Assembly: GCF_963921235.1 (NCBI RefSeq)
Contig: NC_086106.1
Span: 19,530,001-19,594,000 of the forward strand
DNA: 64,000 bases
Direction of reading: 5' to 3'
From: Mobula hypostoma
Taxonomy: Eukaryota
Position numbers and translations under genes: made by a program. Below the pieces are notes generated by a model. That model worked only from the letters and a program-made list of their open reading frames with translations, ran no database searches and was not told the origin of the DNA. This document shows, one piece after another, positions 39,831 to 51,380 of the stretch (positions are counted from its first letter, which is position 1; each line of letters opens with the position of its first letter).

Positions 39831-40148
39831 CTTGGACGTTCTTCACTTGCTTCTTGATACTGCTGTTGGAGGGGGGATGAGTCACTGTACAGCTGAAGAC
39901 TGATTCTGTCTTCCACTCCTGTAAACTCACGGTCAGGAAGTGTCTGGCACTGAAAGTCCACCCCTGCTCCAGAGCGGTTGGTGTAGCGCTGGTGTTGGAG
40001 GTGATCACGGTGCTGCCTTTCTTCCAAATGACATTTATTTGATCCGGGTAGAATCCAGACACCACACACTCCAGTGTGGCCGTTTTCCAATTCTTGGTCT
40101 CTTCCTGAGGTGGAGGCAGCAGTCTGACCTTGGGACTTCTTATCTCGA
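39831..40148 (-). CDS. IgW: IgW CH4 exon
   Basis: Acceptor TATTCCAG; VEIRSPKVRLLPP...LECVVSGFYP...FSCTVTH; donor CAAG|GTAGGG; 318 nt. Confidence 0.93.
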
Positions 40149-40236
40149 CTGGAATAGAAAAGAAAACTAAGGAAATGTCAAACATTTTGACTCAGGTAAC
40201 TAATGCTGGCCATTTAATCGCTGGTCTCTTGCCCAC

Positions 40237-40539
40237 CTTTGGTACTATTGGTCCGTGCTGACACTCGGGAAGATGAAGGAGATTCCTGAGCTGAGCACTC
40301 GTACTCCACCCCACTGAACCACTCCTCCACACTGATCTGGAGTTCGCTGAGCACTCTGTATCGGGACCCGTCCATCTCCGCTTGATGGGTGAGAATTCCT
40401 TTAGTTTTCTCCTTCCCGCCCACGTGCCAAGAGATGTGGATATCTTCGGGATCTGTACAGATAACTGTGCACTTCACGGTTGGAGTCTTGTCGATCCACA
40501 TCTCTTCAATGTGGGGATTTTGAATAAAGACAGACAATT
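40237..40539 (-). CDS. IgW: IgW CH3 exon
   Basis: Acceptor ACCCACAG; ELSVFIQNPHIEEMW...KC...SW...YEC; donor AAAG|GTGGGC; 303 nt. Confidence 0.93.
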
Positions 40540-41571
40540 CTGTGGGTTAGAAATGGAAATGCTCAGAATCTTACTGGAGATATTTCCATTGGTTGTGTTA
40601 GGTCCAGGCAGATCATCAGTACTTGACAGCTGCATTTACTGCAAACAGAATAACAGAAACACCCAGGGCTGAGTCACGTGCCTCATATTCCTATAAGTTT
40701 GATTGAGAAAAGAAATTCAGAACAAAGGATGTGCTAACGAGGTTTCGAATCCCTTTCTAATAACTGTACCAATCGGTTCACTGTGAGACGGAGCTCTGTG
40801 AGACAGAGAAGCATGCAGATTTCTCAGCAGACACATAGCTCAGTCCATTCGTTGCTTGGAGAATCAGTGCCATTGATTAGTAACAATGAACACTGTGAAT
40901 CAATGAGAATCCCTTTCTCCATCTGGGCTGAGCCTGGGATTCACTCAGTTTAATAACTTCACGTCCCGACATTCCAGTCTCACTGTGGCTGTGCCTCTCC
41001 TCATCTCTGCAACCTTCACCACCCACACGAGCTTCAGACAACATCGTATCCTTTCAACTCTGCTCACTCATACACCTGCACTACTTCTGCTGGTGCCTGT
41101 GGTTTTAGCATTCCTGTTGACAAACACTGAAGCCTCTGTCTCACTTGAAATGAGCAGCCATGGTCAGAGTGTATCCATAAGTTAGGGATGGATGAACTGG
41201 CAAAGTGGGTTCAAATCCCAACCCGGTGGATGGGAGTTTAAATTCAATTCATCAATGCTTTTTGGAATAAAAAGAAGACTACGGAGGTATTTGTAGTGTT
41301 ATTCTCTGTGGTAATTTCCGGAGAGAAGTCTGGTCTGATCTGGCTGGTTTGTGACTCCAGACCTGCAGCAACACCGCTGGAGCTGAATCACCATCAGGAA
41401 TGAGGCAGCAAGTCCCTCAGTTCCAGAGAGATCAGTGATTGATGGGAAATGATAAATGAATAAAACAGCTCTTTGATCAAGTGTTGGGTCACCTGTCATC
41501 TGGGTTAGAGTCAGTTATGCACTCGAGTGAAGTTGTTGAGGTCGTCTCCCAATGCACGATCGTCAGTTCAC

Positions 41572-41708
41572 TTACATTGGAGCTCTCTGCACTTTGTGTT
41601 CACCATTTACACACTCGGTCACCTTCAGGCACGTGGGGTGTTTTTGCTCTTTGACATTTAGTGTGGAGGCTGATTGTGTTTGTGTCATGGCTGAGACCTT
41701 CAATGAGA
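41572..41708 (-). CDS. Candidate interspersed secretory-tail exon (IgW short form)
   Basis: Non-repeat island in the CH2-CH3 intron. Phase-1 splicing at CTCACAG gives 45 aa VSLKVSAMTQTQSASTLNVKEQKHPTCLKVTECVNGEHKVQRAPM*. An alternative stronger AG at 41729-41730 gives only DKDTDSQSH*. Confidence 0.45.
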
Positions 41709-42529
41709 CTGTGAGTCAGTGTCTTTGTCTGAAGAAAGAGCAGACGTAACACACACAGTTCCAGTATAACTGGGCCGGATCTTCCGACAAGGTGTGATGT
41801 GTATTTCTTCACCTTTCTCATGTCAGTAAGATTATGAGCAATTTTCTTTTAAAACAGAAAGTCCGTGAGTGTAGTCTAGATGATCATTGTTGTCATGTAA
41901 TATCACAAATATGCAAACCTAGGTGTACACTGAACGCTCACTGAATCATGAATCTTAGTTTAATCTGCACTGTGATGTTGTTAAACATGTTTTCTGCAGG
42001 TTTCTCAGTTATGTCCCATATCAGCCTGTCTGGATGTTCAGCAGTCCCTAGGAAATGCTCCCCTTATTGCTGAATGCTGGTGTTATTCTACAAGAAGCAT
42101 ATAATTCTGTCAATGCTTGGGTAATTCTATCAAAACATTCTCCTTTATGACATTCCTTAGAGTCACTGAGTTTCCCTCTTGGACTGAATTCAGTGTCCGA
42201 CACGTGGATCAATGTAACTTTAGCAATTTGTCTGATCCAGGATTTACTCACTAAGCATGTCAGATTGGACAGGAGACTGGTTAGACCCCTGAGTCTTGTC
42301 TCACCAATTTGTCTTGTGCCCAACATTATCAAAGGGTCATCCATCCTTTGACTGAGTCAATTTGGAAATTCAGCCCCGTTCACCTTCATCACCTCGTGCC
42401 GCACAGCCATTGGGTGAAAAACAGGTTCCAGTTCTTGTTGACTGGAGTCAGACAGGAGGGAATCTGGCCAAGGAAACTGGAATTGGGATCTGAGTCACAC
42501 TGAAGCAACAATGTACACAAATGAATGAG

Positions 42530-43180
42530 TGTATGGACAACCAGAAACACAAGAGATTCTACAGATGCTGGAAATCTTGAACAACACACACAAAATGCTG
42601 GAGGAACTCGGCAAGTCAGGCAGCATCTGTGGACGGAAATAAACAGTCGATATTTTGGGCCGAGAGATTTCACTGGTACTGGAAAGGAAGTGGGCAGAAG
42701 CCAGAATAAGAAGGTGGTTGGAGTAGAGAGGAATACATTCTGTCAGATGAGAAGTGATACCAGGTGAGGGGGAAAGTGTGTGGATGGGGGAGAGGTATGA
42801 AGTAAGAAGCTAGTAGGGGAGAAGTGGAAGAGATAAATGGCTGAAACAGAAGGAATCTGACAGGATAGTGGACCATGGAGGAAAGTGCAGGAGAAGGGGA
42901 ACCAAATGGACACGATGGGCAGGTGAGGAGAAGTGAAGGGATGAGGGGGTGTCTAGTATGGGGAATAGAATAAAATGGAGAATAAAGGAGTGGGGACTAT
43001 TACTGCAAGTTAAGGAGTAAGTATTCATGGGATCGGGTTGGTATATGAAGTGTTGCTACTCCAACCTGAATTTGGCCTCACCATGGCAGTAGAGGAGGCC
43101 ATGGACAGACATGTCAGAATGGGAATGGGAAGTCAAATTGAAATAGGTGGCCATGAGGATAATAGAAATGTGATTGGAGA
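42530..43180 (-). mobile_element. Penelope-like element 3' relic (GIY-YIG C-terminus and terminus)
   Basis: Minus-strand HFN..SHSHSDMSVHGLLYCHGEAKFRLE-like translation and a CACACAAAATGCTGGAGGAACTC terminus. Confidence 0.6.
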
Positions 43181-44081
43181 GGTAGTCAGTTTGAATCGTG
43201 TTTTCTTCTCTCTCTGTTAAACTTCAATCCCAATGGATACCAGAGGCAGATCTGGAATCCAGTAAATGGATTGTAATAAAATTCAATGACGAATTGTAGA
43301 CAGCCAATCACTTTATTTCACACTTTCCTGCTGAACAATGATACTGTTGGGTAGAACCATCGGGGAATGTTGCATTGAGATTACTCTGGTAAAAGAACTT
43401 TGGCACAGGCTCCGGAAAACAGCTGGGACATTTTCCACCTGGAAACGGAAGATTCATAGATTTAAGTGTTAGATATTTTCACCTCTTTTCCCATGCTTAG
43501 GAAAAAGGGAGCCCCACATATTCCCACTTTCTCTCCTCTGTATATCACATCCTATCGGGATGAGGTTTTATCAGCAATGTTGTCTCTGAACCTGGTCGAG
43601 GATCTGAGGACACAAGGTCACAACATTCACTGGAGGATTGGGCATCAATTCAAAAATAATACAGGCACCTACATTTCAGTGAGTGGACAATTGACAGAAG
43701 AGTCTCTCAGGAAACACTGGAAACAGACTCTGGGGACTGAAGCAAATACAAAAGTGCAGAGATATTTTTTGAGGAACACTGAGAAGACAGTGAAAAGGGA
43801 ACAGGGAGATCTTCTCCAGATGGTAAAGCCTGGGATGTGAGTTTTGCTCACTAACTTATTTTCTTTATAACTACAAACAGAATGGACAGGTGACCTCATC
43901 TAGCACCTTTCCTGCCCAGTAGATGGGGTTAAAGCTGCTGGTGAAATGAGTTGATTCAAAGTGCAAAGATCATCTGTACGTCATTCAACAAGGTTGACAG
44001 TAGGGACAGGAATTGTGTGGGAGTATTAGTTCAGTATTTTAGTACTCTAAGTTACTTAATTTTTCTTCAGACATCACTCAC

Positions 44082-44399
44082 CCTCTTGATACGTCATGTT
44101 GACCTGACCACTGAAACCGGAAGGTGCGTGATTCACTTCACAAGTATATTTCTGTTCCTTGGTCCATTCCTGCACAGGCACTGTCAGGTAAGAGATTGTT
44201 TCAAATCCACCATCAGATCTCGGAGTGGAAGGGAGAACGATCCCTTTTTGGGCAGATCCAGCTTTTTTCCAGGATACTTTAATGTTGTCAGGAGAGAATC
44301 CAGATATCATACAGCCCAGGACAGCCTTTGCTTGACTGTGGATTGCCTCCCAGGATGGAACAAGGGAGCTGAGCTTCGGAGCTGTAACACATTTAATAT
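44082..44399 (-). CDS. IgW: IgW CH2 exon
   Basis: Acceptor CTGACAG; YIKCVTAPKL...LGCMISGFSP..VSW...YTCEVNH; donor GAGG|GTGAGT; 318 nt. Confidence 0.93.
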
Positions 44400-45314
44400 C
44401 TGTCAGTACATGAATGCTTTGCCCATATTTTGGATGTTATTCTCCCTCATGTCGGGCAAGTTCCCCAATTCCAGCCCTCTGAAGCATGCTGTTAATTTAC
44501 AGCTGATATGATGGCTCACACCAGTGAGTGGGAGGACTGGGTGTATAACTTGGGCCTCCCAGCAGTGTGTCCCACTGTGCTATGATAATGCAGAGAGGTG
44601 GGTCATGGGGTTGAGGTGCAGACTTGCCATGATCTCATTGTTTAATGGAGAATGACTGATACCAGCTCCTATGAGCAGGAGTACATGGTGTGGGACTGTT
44701 TCTACTGACAAGTTTGGGAAACACAATTATACTTTCAATGAGAAAGAAGAACAGATGTACAGCAGGACATTATTTTGTTGTAACTGCAAAGGCTTGTTCA
44801 GATCTGTGAGAAGATGGTTAAAGAAGGGCAGTGGAGTGGATTCCTCCATCACATTCACAAGGGATTGCTTTTCCCAGAAGAGGGGCAGCTGCAGGGTGGG
44901 AGGGGAAAGTGCAGGAGGAGTGGGGTAAAGTTTAAATTGTTGTTCTGTGTGCAGGGGCACGATGGGCCAGCGGTCTCTGTATGTGTACAGGAGCTGATCT
45001 GTAAGGAGGGTTTAGTGGGAGGGGGTGGTGGAGAGGCTCCTGAAAGGAGTGGATACAATGAAGGCAGATCAGCGCAAGTTGTTTCCTCCACCCTCCACTG
45101 ATACTGAGTTTCAGTGAGTTCAGGAGGACATTTCCCCCATTTCAATTCCATACGTTTTCTCAATGTCATTTTGGTGAGGGGTAGTACTACTGTTGTAAGA
45201 GTAGATTAAAGGAGCTAATTGCCGTGCCCAGCATTATCTGACAAAGGTTCCCTCTCCAGATTTATGCCCTGAGATCAATGCAGCTTTCCAGAGAAAATTA
45301 CGTCTCATACTAAC

Positions 45315-45608
45315 ATTGAGGTTTCTGAAACTCCGCTGTCACACTCCCTGCCTTGCAGGAGTAGAGTTTATTCTTCTTCCAGTCCACCGCAGAGACTTCG
45401 AGCAAGCTGCTCATCGTGTACTTTGAATTTTGCCCCAACACCGCCGGGTATTTCTTGATTCCACTGGTGATGTCCCCACTGTTAGTGGACCATGTCTGAC
45501 TGATGCTCTCGGGCTGATAGTCCTTGACCAGACAGAGGAGGCTGATCTTTTGGTCAGATTCTGTGTTGCAGGAAGGAGTGATGTAGACTGATGGCAAGGA
45601 CGTGACCC
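45315..45608 (-). CDS. IgW: IgW CH1 exon
   Basis: Acceptor CATTTCAG; GVTSLPSVYITPSC...LLCLVKDYQP...W...YSC; donor AAT|GTTAGT; 294 nt. Confidence 0.93.
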
Positions 45609-46669
45609 CTGAAATGGAAAGAAATTCACAGAAGTTTCTGTAAGTAAATGCATTACTGGCAGACAAAGAAGGAGACATGTTATGCACTACAATTACTACA
45701 GTACTGTGCTGAAGTCTTAGCCACATCACTGGACTACCCCCCACCCCCCCCAACACACACTGTAGTAACTTTATGTATTGCACTGTACCTCTGCCACTAA
45801 ACAAAAACAAATTTCATGACAGATGGGAGTGAGGATAAACCTGATTCTGATGTGGGTCTCTATTGTGGACTGAGAGTGGGAAAGGGGAGTGAGTGGGAAG
45901 CACCAGAGAGATATTCTGGAAAGATCAATAAACCAATAGTTTGGAATCAAATGACCTTGCCTGTTGTCTCAGTGTTGGGAGTGTCTGCACCCGTGCCGAG
46001 CCCTGCCCCTGCCACACCTTCTCTGTCCCCTGTCCCACACAGGTCCCGCAGCGCTCCACCCTCACCATTCCCAACATCCTTTGCTCTCACCAGATTTACA
46101 AACTCACTGTCCATTCCACATTGAGAAATATGTTATTATGAAAAAGTTTTAGGCAAACTAGCAATACAGATGTGCCCAAGGCTTTTGCGCAGTACAGTTT
46201 ATAAACCAGTAATTTCTAAAATTATTCACCCCATTAAATAATACTCTCACCATTTCAACACCCAGCTGGGAATCTGTGTCACTGAGCTCGGAGGCTATAG
46301 ATCAGTCTCACAGTGGAGACTTGAGCACACAGTCACAAGTGTGACCCAACAACCCACCCACAGCCATACTGAGACAGTCATCCAATGTCCCATGTGTTGG
46401 ATTTCAGACAAAATATCAAAGTTTTACCTTGTCTCTTCCCCAATTATAATTCCTGATTCTCAGAAGTCTATTCGCACCAGATTGGTGGAGTTTACAGAAA
46501 AAGTAAACATTTAGCAGTAGTTTATTTGAATAATTCTGATCTGTTCAGTATTGATGTTGAGTCAGAAGTAACCCTTGTGTGGATATCTGTACCTTGTCTC
46601 CAACACCATCTGTGTGATATAGTGGTGAGTGTCTGATGGTCTCTGCTTCTGAAATTCAACTGAACAGAC

Positions 46670-47890
46670 TACCGTCAGACCATAAGACTGTAAGATATAG
46701 GAGCAGAATTAGGCCATTCAGTCCATCGAGTCTTTTCCGACATTCCATCATGGCTGATTGGATCCCACTGAACCCCTACACCTGCCTTCTCACCGTATCC
46801 TGGTATACCCTGACAGACCAGGAAATGATCAAATTCCACCTTAAATACACGCATAGACCTGGCTTTCACCACAGTCTGTGGCAGAGCATTCCACAGACTG
46901 TGCTGACTAAAAATGTTCCTCGTTACTTCCATTCTTAGGGGTCACCCCTCAATTTTGAGGCTGTGCTCTCCAGTTGTGGATGCTCCCATCATATAGAAAA
47001 CATAGAAAATAGGTGCAGGAGGAGGCCATTCGGCCCTTCGAGCCTGCACCGCCATTCAGTATGATCATGGCTGATCATCCAACTCAGAACACTATACCAG
47101 CATTCTCTCCATACCCCCTGATCCCTTTAGCCACAAGGGCCATATCTAACTCCCTCTTAAATATAGCCAATGAACTGGCCTCAACTGTTTCCTGTGGCAG
47201 AGAATTCCACAGATTCACCACTGTCTGTGTGAAGAAGTTTTTCTTAATCTTGGTCCTAAAAGGCTTCCCCTTTATCCTCAAACTGTGACCCCTCGTTCTG
47301 GACATCCCCAACATCGGGAACAATCTTCCTGCATCTAGCCTGTCCAATCCCTTTAGGATTTTATACGTTTCAATTAGTTCCCCCTCAATCTTCTAAATTC
47401 CAACGAGTATAAGCCTAGTCAATCCAGTCTTTCATCATATGAAAGTCCTGCCATCCCAGGAATCAATGCGGTGAACCTTCTTTGTACTCCCTCTATGGCA
47501 AGAATGTCTTTCCTCAGATTAGGGGACCATGAAACATCCTCTCCACATCCACCCGATCCAGTCCTTGTAACGTTTGGTAGGTTTCTATGAGATTCCACTA
47601 CATACTTCTAAATTCCAGTGAGTACAGGCTCAAAGCTGCCAAATGCTCCTCATATGTTAACCCCTTAATTCCCAGAATGATCCTCATGAACTCCTCTGGA
47701 ATCTGTCCAATAACAACACATCCTTTCTGAGATATGGGGCCCAAAACACTTGCCAATACTCTATAAGTGTGGTTGACTAGCGTCTTATAAAGACTCAGCA
47801 TTATTTCCTTGCTTTTACATTCTATTCCCCTTGAAATAGATGCCAACATTGCATTTGCTTTCTTTACCACAGACTCAACCTGTAAATTAA
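46670..47890 (-). mobile_element. Nested CR1 3' fragments; the inner copy (46995-47530) is near-identical to the 3' end of the 13800-17930 element
   Basis: CATAGAAAATAGGTGCAGGA tail; RTRGHSLRIKGKPF shared with 13800-14340. Confidence 0.88.
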
Positions 47891-48169
47891 CCTCTGGCAG
47901 TTTTGCATGAGGACTCCAAAGTCCCTCTGCACCTCTGATGTACCCTCTGCACTACATAATGCATCTGACACCGCCTCAAAATTAAACACGTGTAACTGAG
48001 GAAGAATTTCAACCGCACCGAGCCTGTGGAAATTACAAGCCAAACACCTTCCTGACGCACCAGGCCAAGAATCACAGTCAGAGGAATGGTGACTGTGATC
48101 CTTTGACAAGTCTAGTCTGTGAGGGAATCATTGAGGTGGAATCCACAGTTTAATCCCTGGGAACTCCAG

Positions 48170-48400
48170 CAAGGCCACGTGTCATGTGGTGGAGTGTGGT
48201 GACAGTTCCAGTGGCAGCTGTCACTCAGTAAATCCCGGGGTACGGTGGTCTGTGGAACTGTGAGACTGACTCCAGTGTAAGTGGCTGAACACTGGTAAAT
48301 GGTTCACTTTGGAAATGCCAGCTACAGCCAGCACCATTCAAACCACAGTATCGTCAGCTTCCCTCGTACTCAGCAGCTGGGGAAAGGGATGGTCAGCTGT
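48170..48400. promoter_or_regulatory. Candidate J-C intronic enhancer (E-box cluster)
   Basis: CACGTG (48176-81), GTCATGTGG (48181-89, muE3-like), CAGCTG (48215-20), CAGCAGCTGG (48371-80, muE2-like) overlapping CTGGGGAAA (muB-like), and CAGCTG (48394-99), in a repeat-free island. Confidence 0.35.
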
Positions 48401-48649
48401 GGTCTGAGGAACCTCGCTGCTGTTTATCAGCGTCAACCCCTGACAACAAGGGAGTTACGGGACCAAAGATTTGGGACCATCAGGATGATCATCAGTAATC
48501 TGTGTCTATCTGTTCATCTACTGCACAGTCAGTAACTTTAAATTCCTGGGTGTCACTGTCTCAGAGGACCTGTCCTGGACCCAGCATATAAATGTAATTG
48601 CAGAGGAATCAGGACAGTGCCCCTACTTCCTCAGGAGTCTGCGGAGATT

Positions 48650-49280
48650 CGGCTTGATGTCAAAAACTTTGATAAACTTCTATAGATGTGTAGTGGAAAG
48701 TGTATTGACTGGCTGCATTGAGGCCTGGTATGGGAACACCAATGCCTTTGATTGGAAAATTCTACAAGAGATCATGGATTCAGCTCAGTACATAATGGGT
48801 AAAGCCCTCCCAACCACTGAGCACATCAACATGAAACGCTGTCATAAGAAAGCAGCATCTATCATTAAAGATCCTCACCACCCAGGCCAGGCTCTTTTCT
48901 CACTGCTGCCATCAGGGCAGAAGGAACAAGAGCCTCAGGACTCACACCACCAGGTTCAAGAACAGTTACTACCCCTCAACCATCAGGCTCCTGAACAAAA
49001 GAAGATATTTACACTCAAATATTGAGATGTTCCCATAAACAATAATCTCACTTTAAAGACACTTTATCTTGTTATTTCATGCTCTCATTATTTATTGCTG
49101 TTTCTTTAGGGTTGCATTTCAACAGTTTATTGTCTTCTATGCTCGTGCTGTTTCATTGATCCTGTTTACAGTTACGATTCTATAGATTTGCTGAGTATAC
49201 CCACAAGAAAATGAATCTGAGGGTTGTATGTGAAGACATGTATGTATTCCGATAATAAATTTTACTTTGAACTTTGAGAC
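48650..49280 (+). mobile_element. Rex1/Babar 3' fragment
   Basis: KTLINFYRCVVESVLTGCI.AWYG, IIKDPHHPG.ALFSLLPSG. Confidence 0.8.
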
Positions 49281-49813
49281 ATCAAATGAGGATTTCCCAG
49301 TGGTGGGGAGCTTTAGGAATTGTAGGCTAAAAGTGACCATTCCCTTCCAACATCACCCAAACAGACTAGATTGTCATGTTGTAGTTGAGTTTGTGGGAAC
49401 AAGATGCAGACAAGTTGGATGTTTAGTCCCTCATATGAAGTGACACACTGCAGAAGTACTTGCTGGGTTGGGAAAGGCTCTGGGATGTTCTGGGGTTGCA
49501 GAAGTCAATGAAAAACAAATTGTTTTCATCAAAATGAATTCAGTAAAATAAAACTGGAAACAGCATAGTTGCCAGAAATCAGACTGACAGAGTCTGGTGA
49601 AAGGTCACTGATGTGAAACGTTAACTCTGTTTCTCACCCACAGATGTTCCCTGAGCTGCTCAGTGTTGGCAGTGCAGGAGGCACAATAATGTCAGTCGGT
49701 GAGATTTGCAGCTGAGGATCTTTTACATCCCGAGACCAGCAGGTGGTAAGTACAGTTCTGTCTGGATCAGTGTTCCTCTGGGTCTTTACAAAAACACCCA
49801 TCAAACTGACAGC

Positions 49814-49997
49814 AGGGTACTGGGGTGAAGAGGGAAACTGGATCTGGGTGGGTCACAGGGTGCTGGGATGAAGAGGGGAACTGGATCTGGGTGGGTCACA
49901 GTGTGCTGGGGTGAAGAGAGGAACTGGATCTGGGTGGGTCACAGGGTGCTGGGGTGAAGAGGGGAACTGGATCTGGGTGGGTCACAGTGTGCTGGGT
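49814..49997. repeat. 43-bp minisatellite, about 4.3 copies
   Basis: CTGGATCTGG recurs at 49838, 49881, 49924 and 49967; unit AGGGTGCTGGGGTGAAGAGGGGAACTGGATCTGGGTGGGTCAC. Confidence 0.95.
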
Positions 49998-50989
49998 ATT
50001 TGTACGATATAATCGATGATGAATCAGCAGATCTGGGGAAATTCGTTCTGGTTTTAGTCTATTGTAGTAAGTGGATAGAACATCAGGTACTATGAACAAC
50101 TGGTGGGCAATTTTATTTATTCATTTTTAGGGATCTGTGCTTTGCCAGTAAATTCCAAATGAATTATACATCTGAGCTGCCAATCAGAGGGCATTTGGAG
50201 ACAAACTCATTGATGGGTCAGGAGTCATAAATAGGCTCGGAGGGTAAGGATGAGACATCTCCTTCCCTGACAGATAAGAGTAAAACTGAAGGATCATCAT
50301 TATTAATGGCTGGATTTAAAAACAATACCAATTATTAAGATTTTGGAAATCTGACCACAGATCCAAATCTGTTGCAGATTATTATGAACTGAGTTTAAAT
50401 TTGTCGGTTTTGTTGTGGTGGTATCCGTGGACTGTTCATCCATCCCTCTGCACTACTCATCTGCTTTGATGTACTGCCCTGTTTCCCATCACTCCGAATC
50501 CAACCTTGTGCCTGTCCATTGGATCACTGTGTCCACGGTGTCCTGGACAATATTTCTCCTTCAATAACATCACCAGAACAGACTGTCTGATCGTTCTCAC
50601 CTTGCAGTTTGTGGATTCTGCTGTGTGCAGAGTGGATCCACATTACCAACTCTACAACAGGGCTGTACTTTGAAACTACTTCATTGCCTGTGAAGAGCTC
50701 GGGGACACCATGAAAGGTGCTCAGTAAATGTCAGCACTTTATCTCACAACCACTTTTACTGAATCACCAGCAACACTGGTTAATGTAGGAAAGCACTTGT
50801 TAAACAAACCCAGTTGGGGGATGGAGGAGGATAAGAAATTAGAGCAGTTGCTCTGTCTGTGAACTGAAAATAAGCAGTTCATTTGAACAGTAAAGTTAAA
50901 CTCGTGTCCCGTGAGTGTGTGTTGGGACATGTTGGGGGAAGCTTCACTCTGTGTCTAACCTCTGCTGCCCCTGTCCTGGAGGGATGGGA

Positions 50990-51380
50990 CAGTGCAGAAA
51001 GATCTTTGTATCTAATCCGTGGCTGCCTGGAATAGGTTGAGTGAATTTGGCGTTTTCTCCTCGGAGCATCGTAGGATGAGAGGTGACTTGATAGAGGTAT
51101 ATAAGATGATGAGAGGCATTGATCATGTGGATATCGAGAGGCTTTTTCCCAGGTCTGAAATGGTTAACATGAGAGGGCACAGTTTTAACGTGCTTGGAAG
51201 CAGGTACAGAGGAGATGTCAGGGGTAAGCTTTTTTCGCAGAGAGTGGTGGGTGCATGGAATGGTCTGCCAGCAATGGTGGTGGAGGTAGATATGATAGGG
51301 TCTTTTAAGAGACTCCTGGATAGGTACATGGAGCTTAGAAAAACAGAGGGTAACCCTAGGTATTTTCTAAATTACGTACA
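50990..51380 (+). mobile_element. CR1 3' fragment
   Basis: RRMRGDLIEVYKMM, RGHSF, FSQRVVGAWN. Confidence 0.85.

Noticed and set aside
44727-45169. Pro-rich minus-strand ORFs between CH1 and CH2 as a hinge exon
   Set aside because: I found no convincing phase-1 acceptor/donor pair; this is low-complexity intron sequence.
49814-49997. CRISPR-like array
   Set aside because: The units are contiguous with no unique spacers, in a eukaryotic intron; it is a minisatellite.
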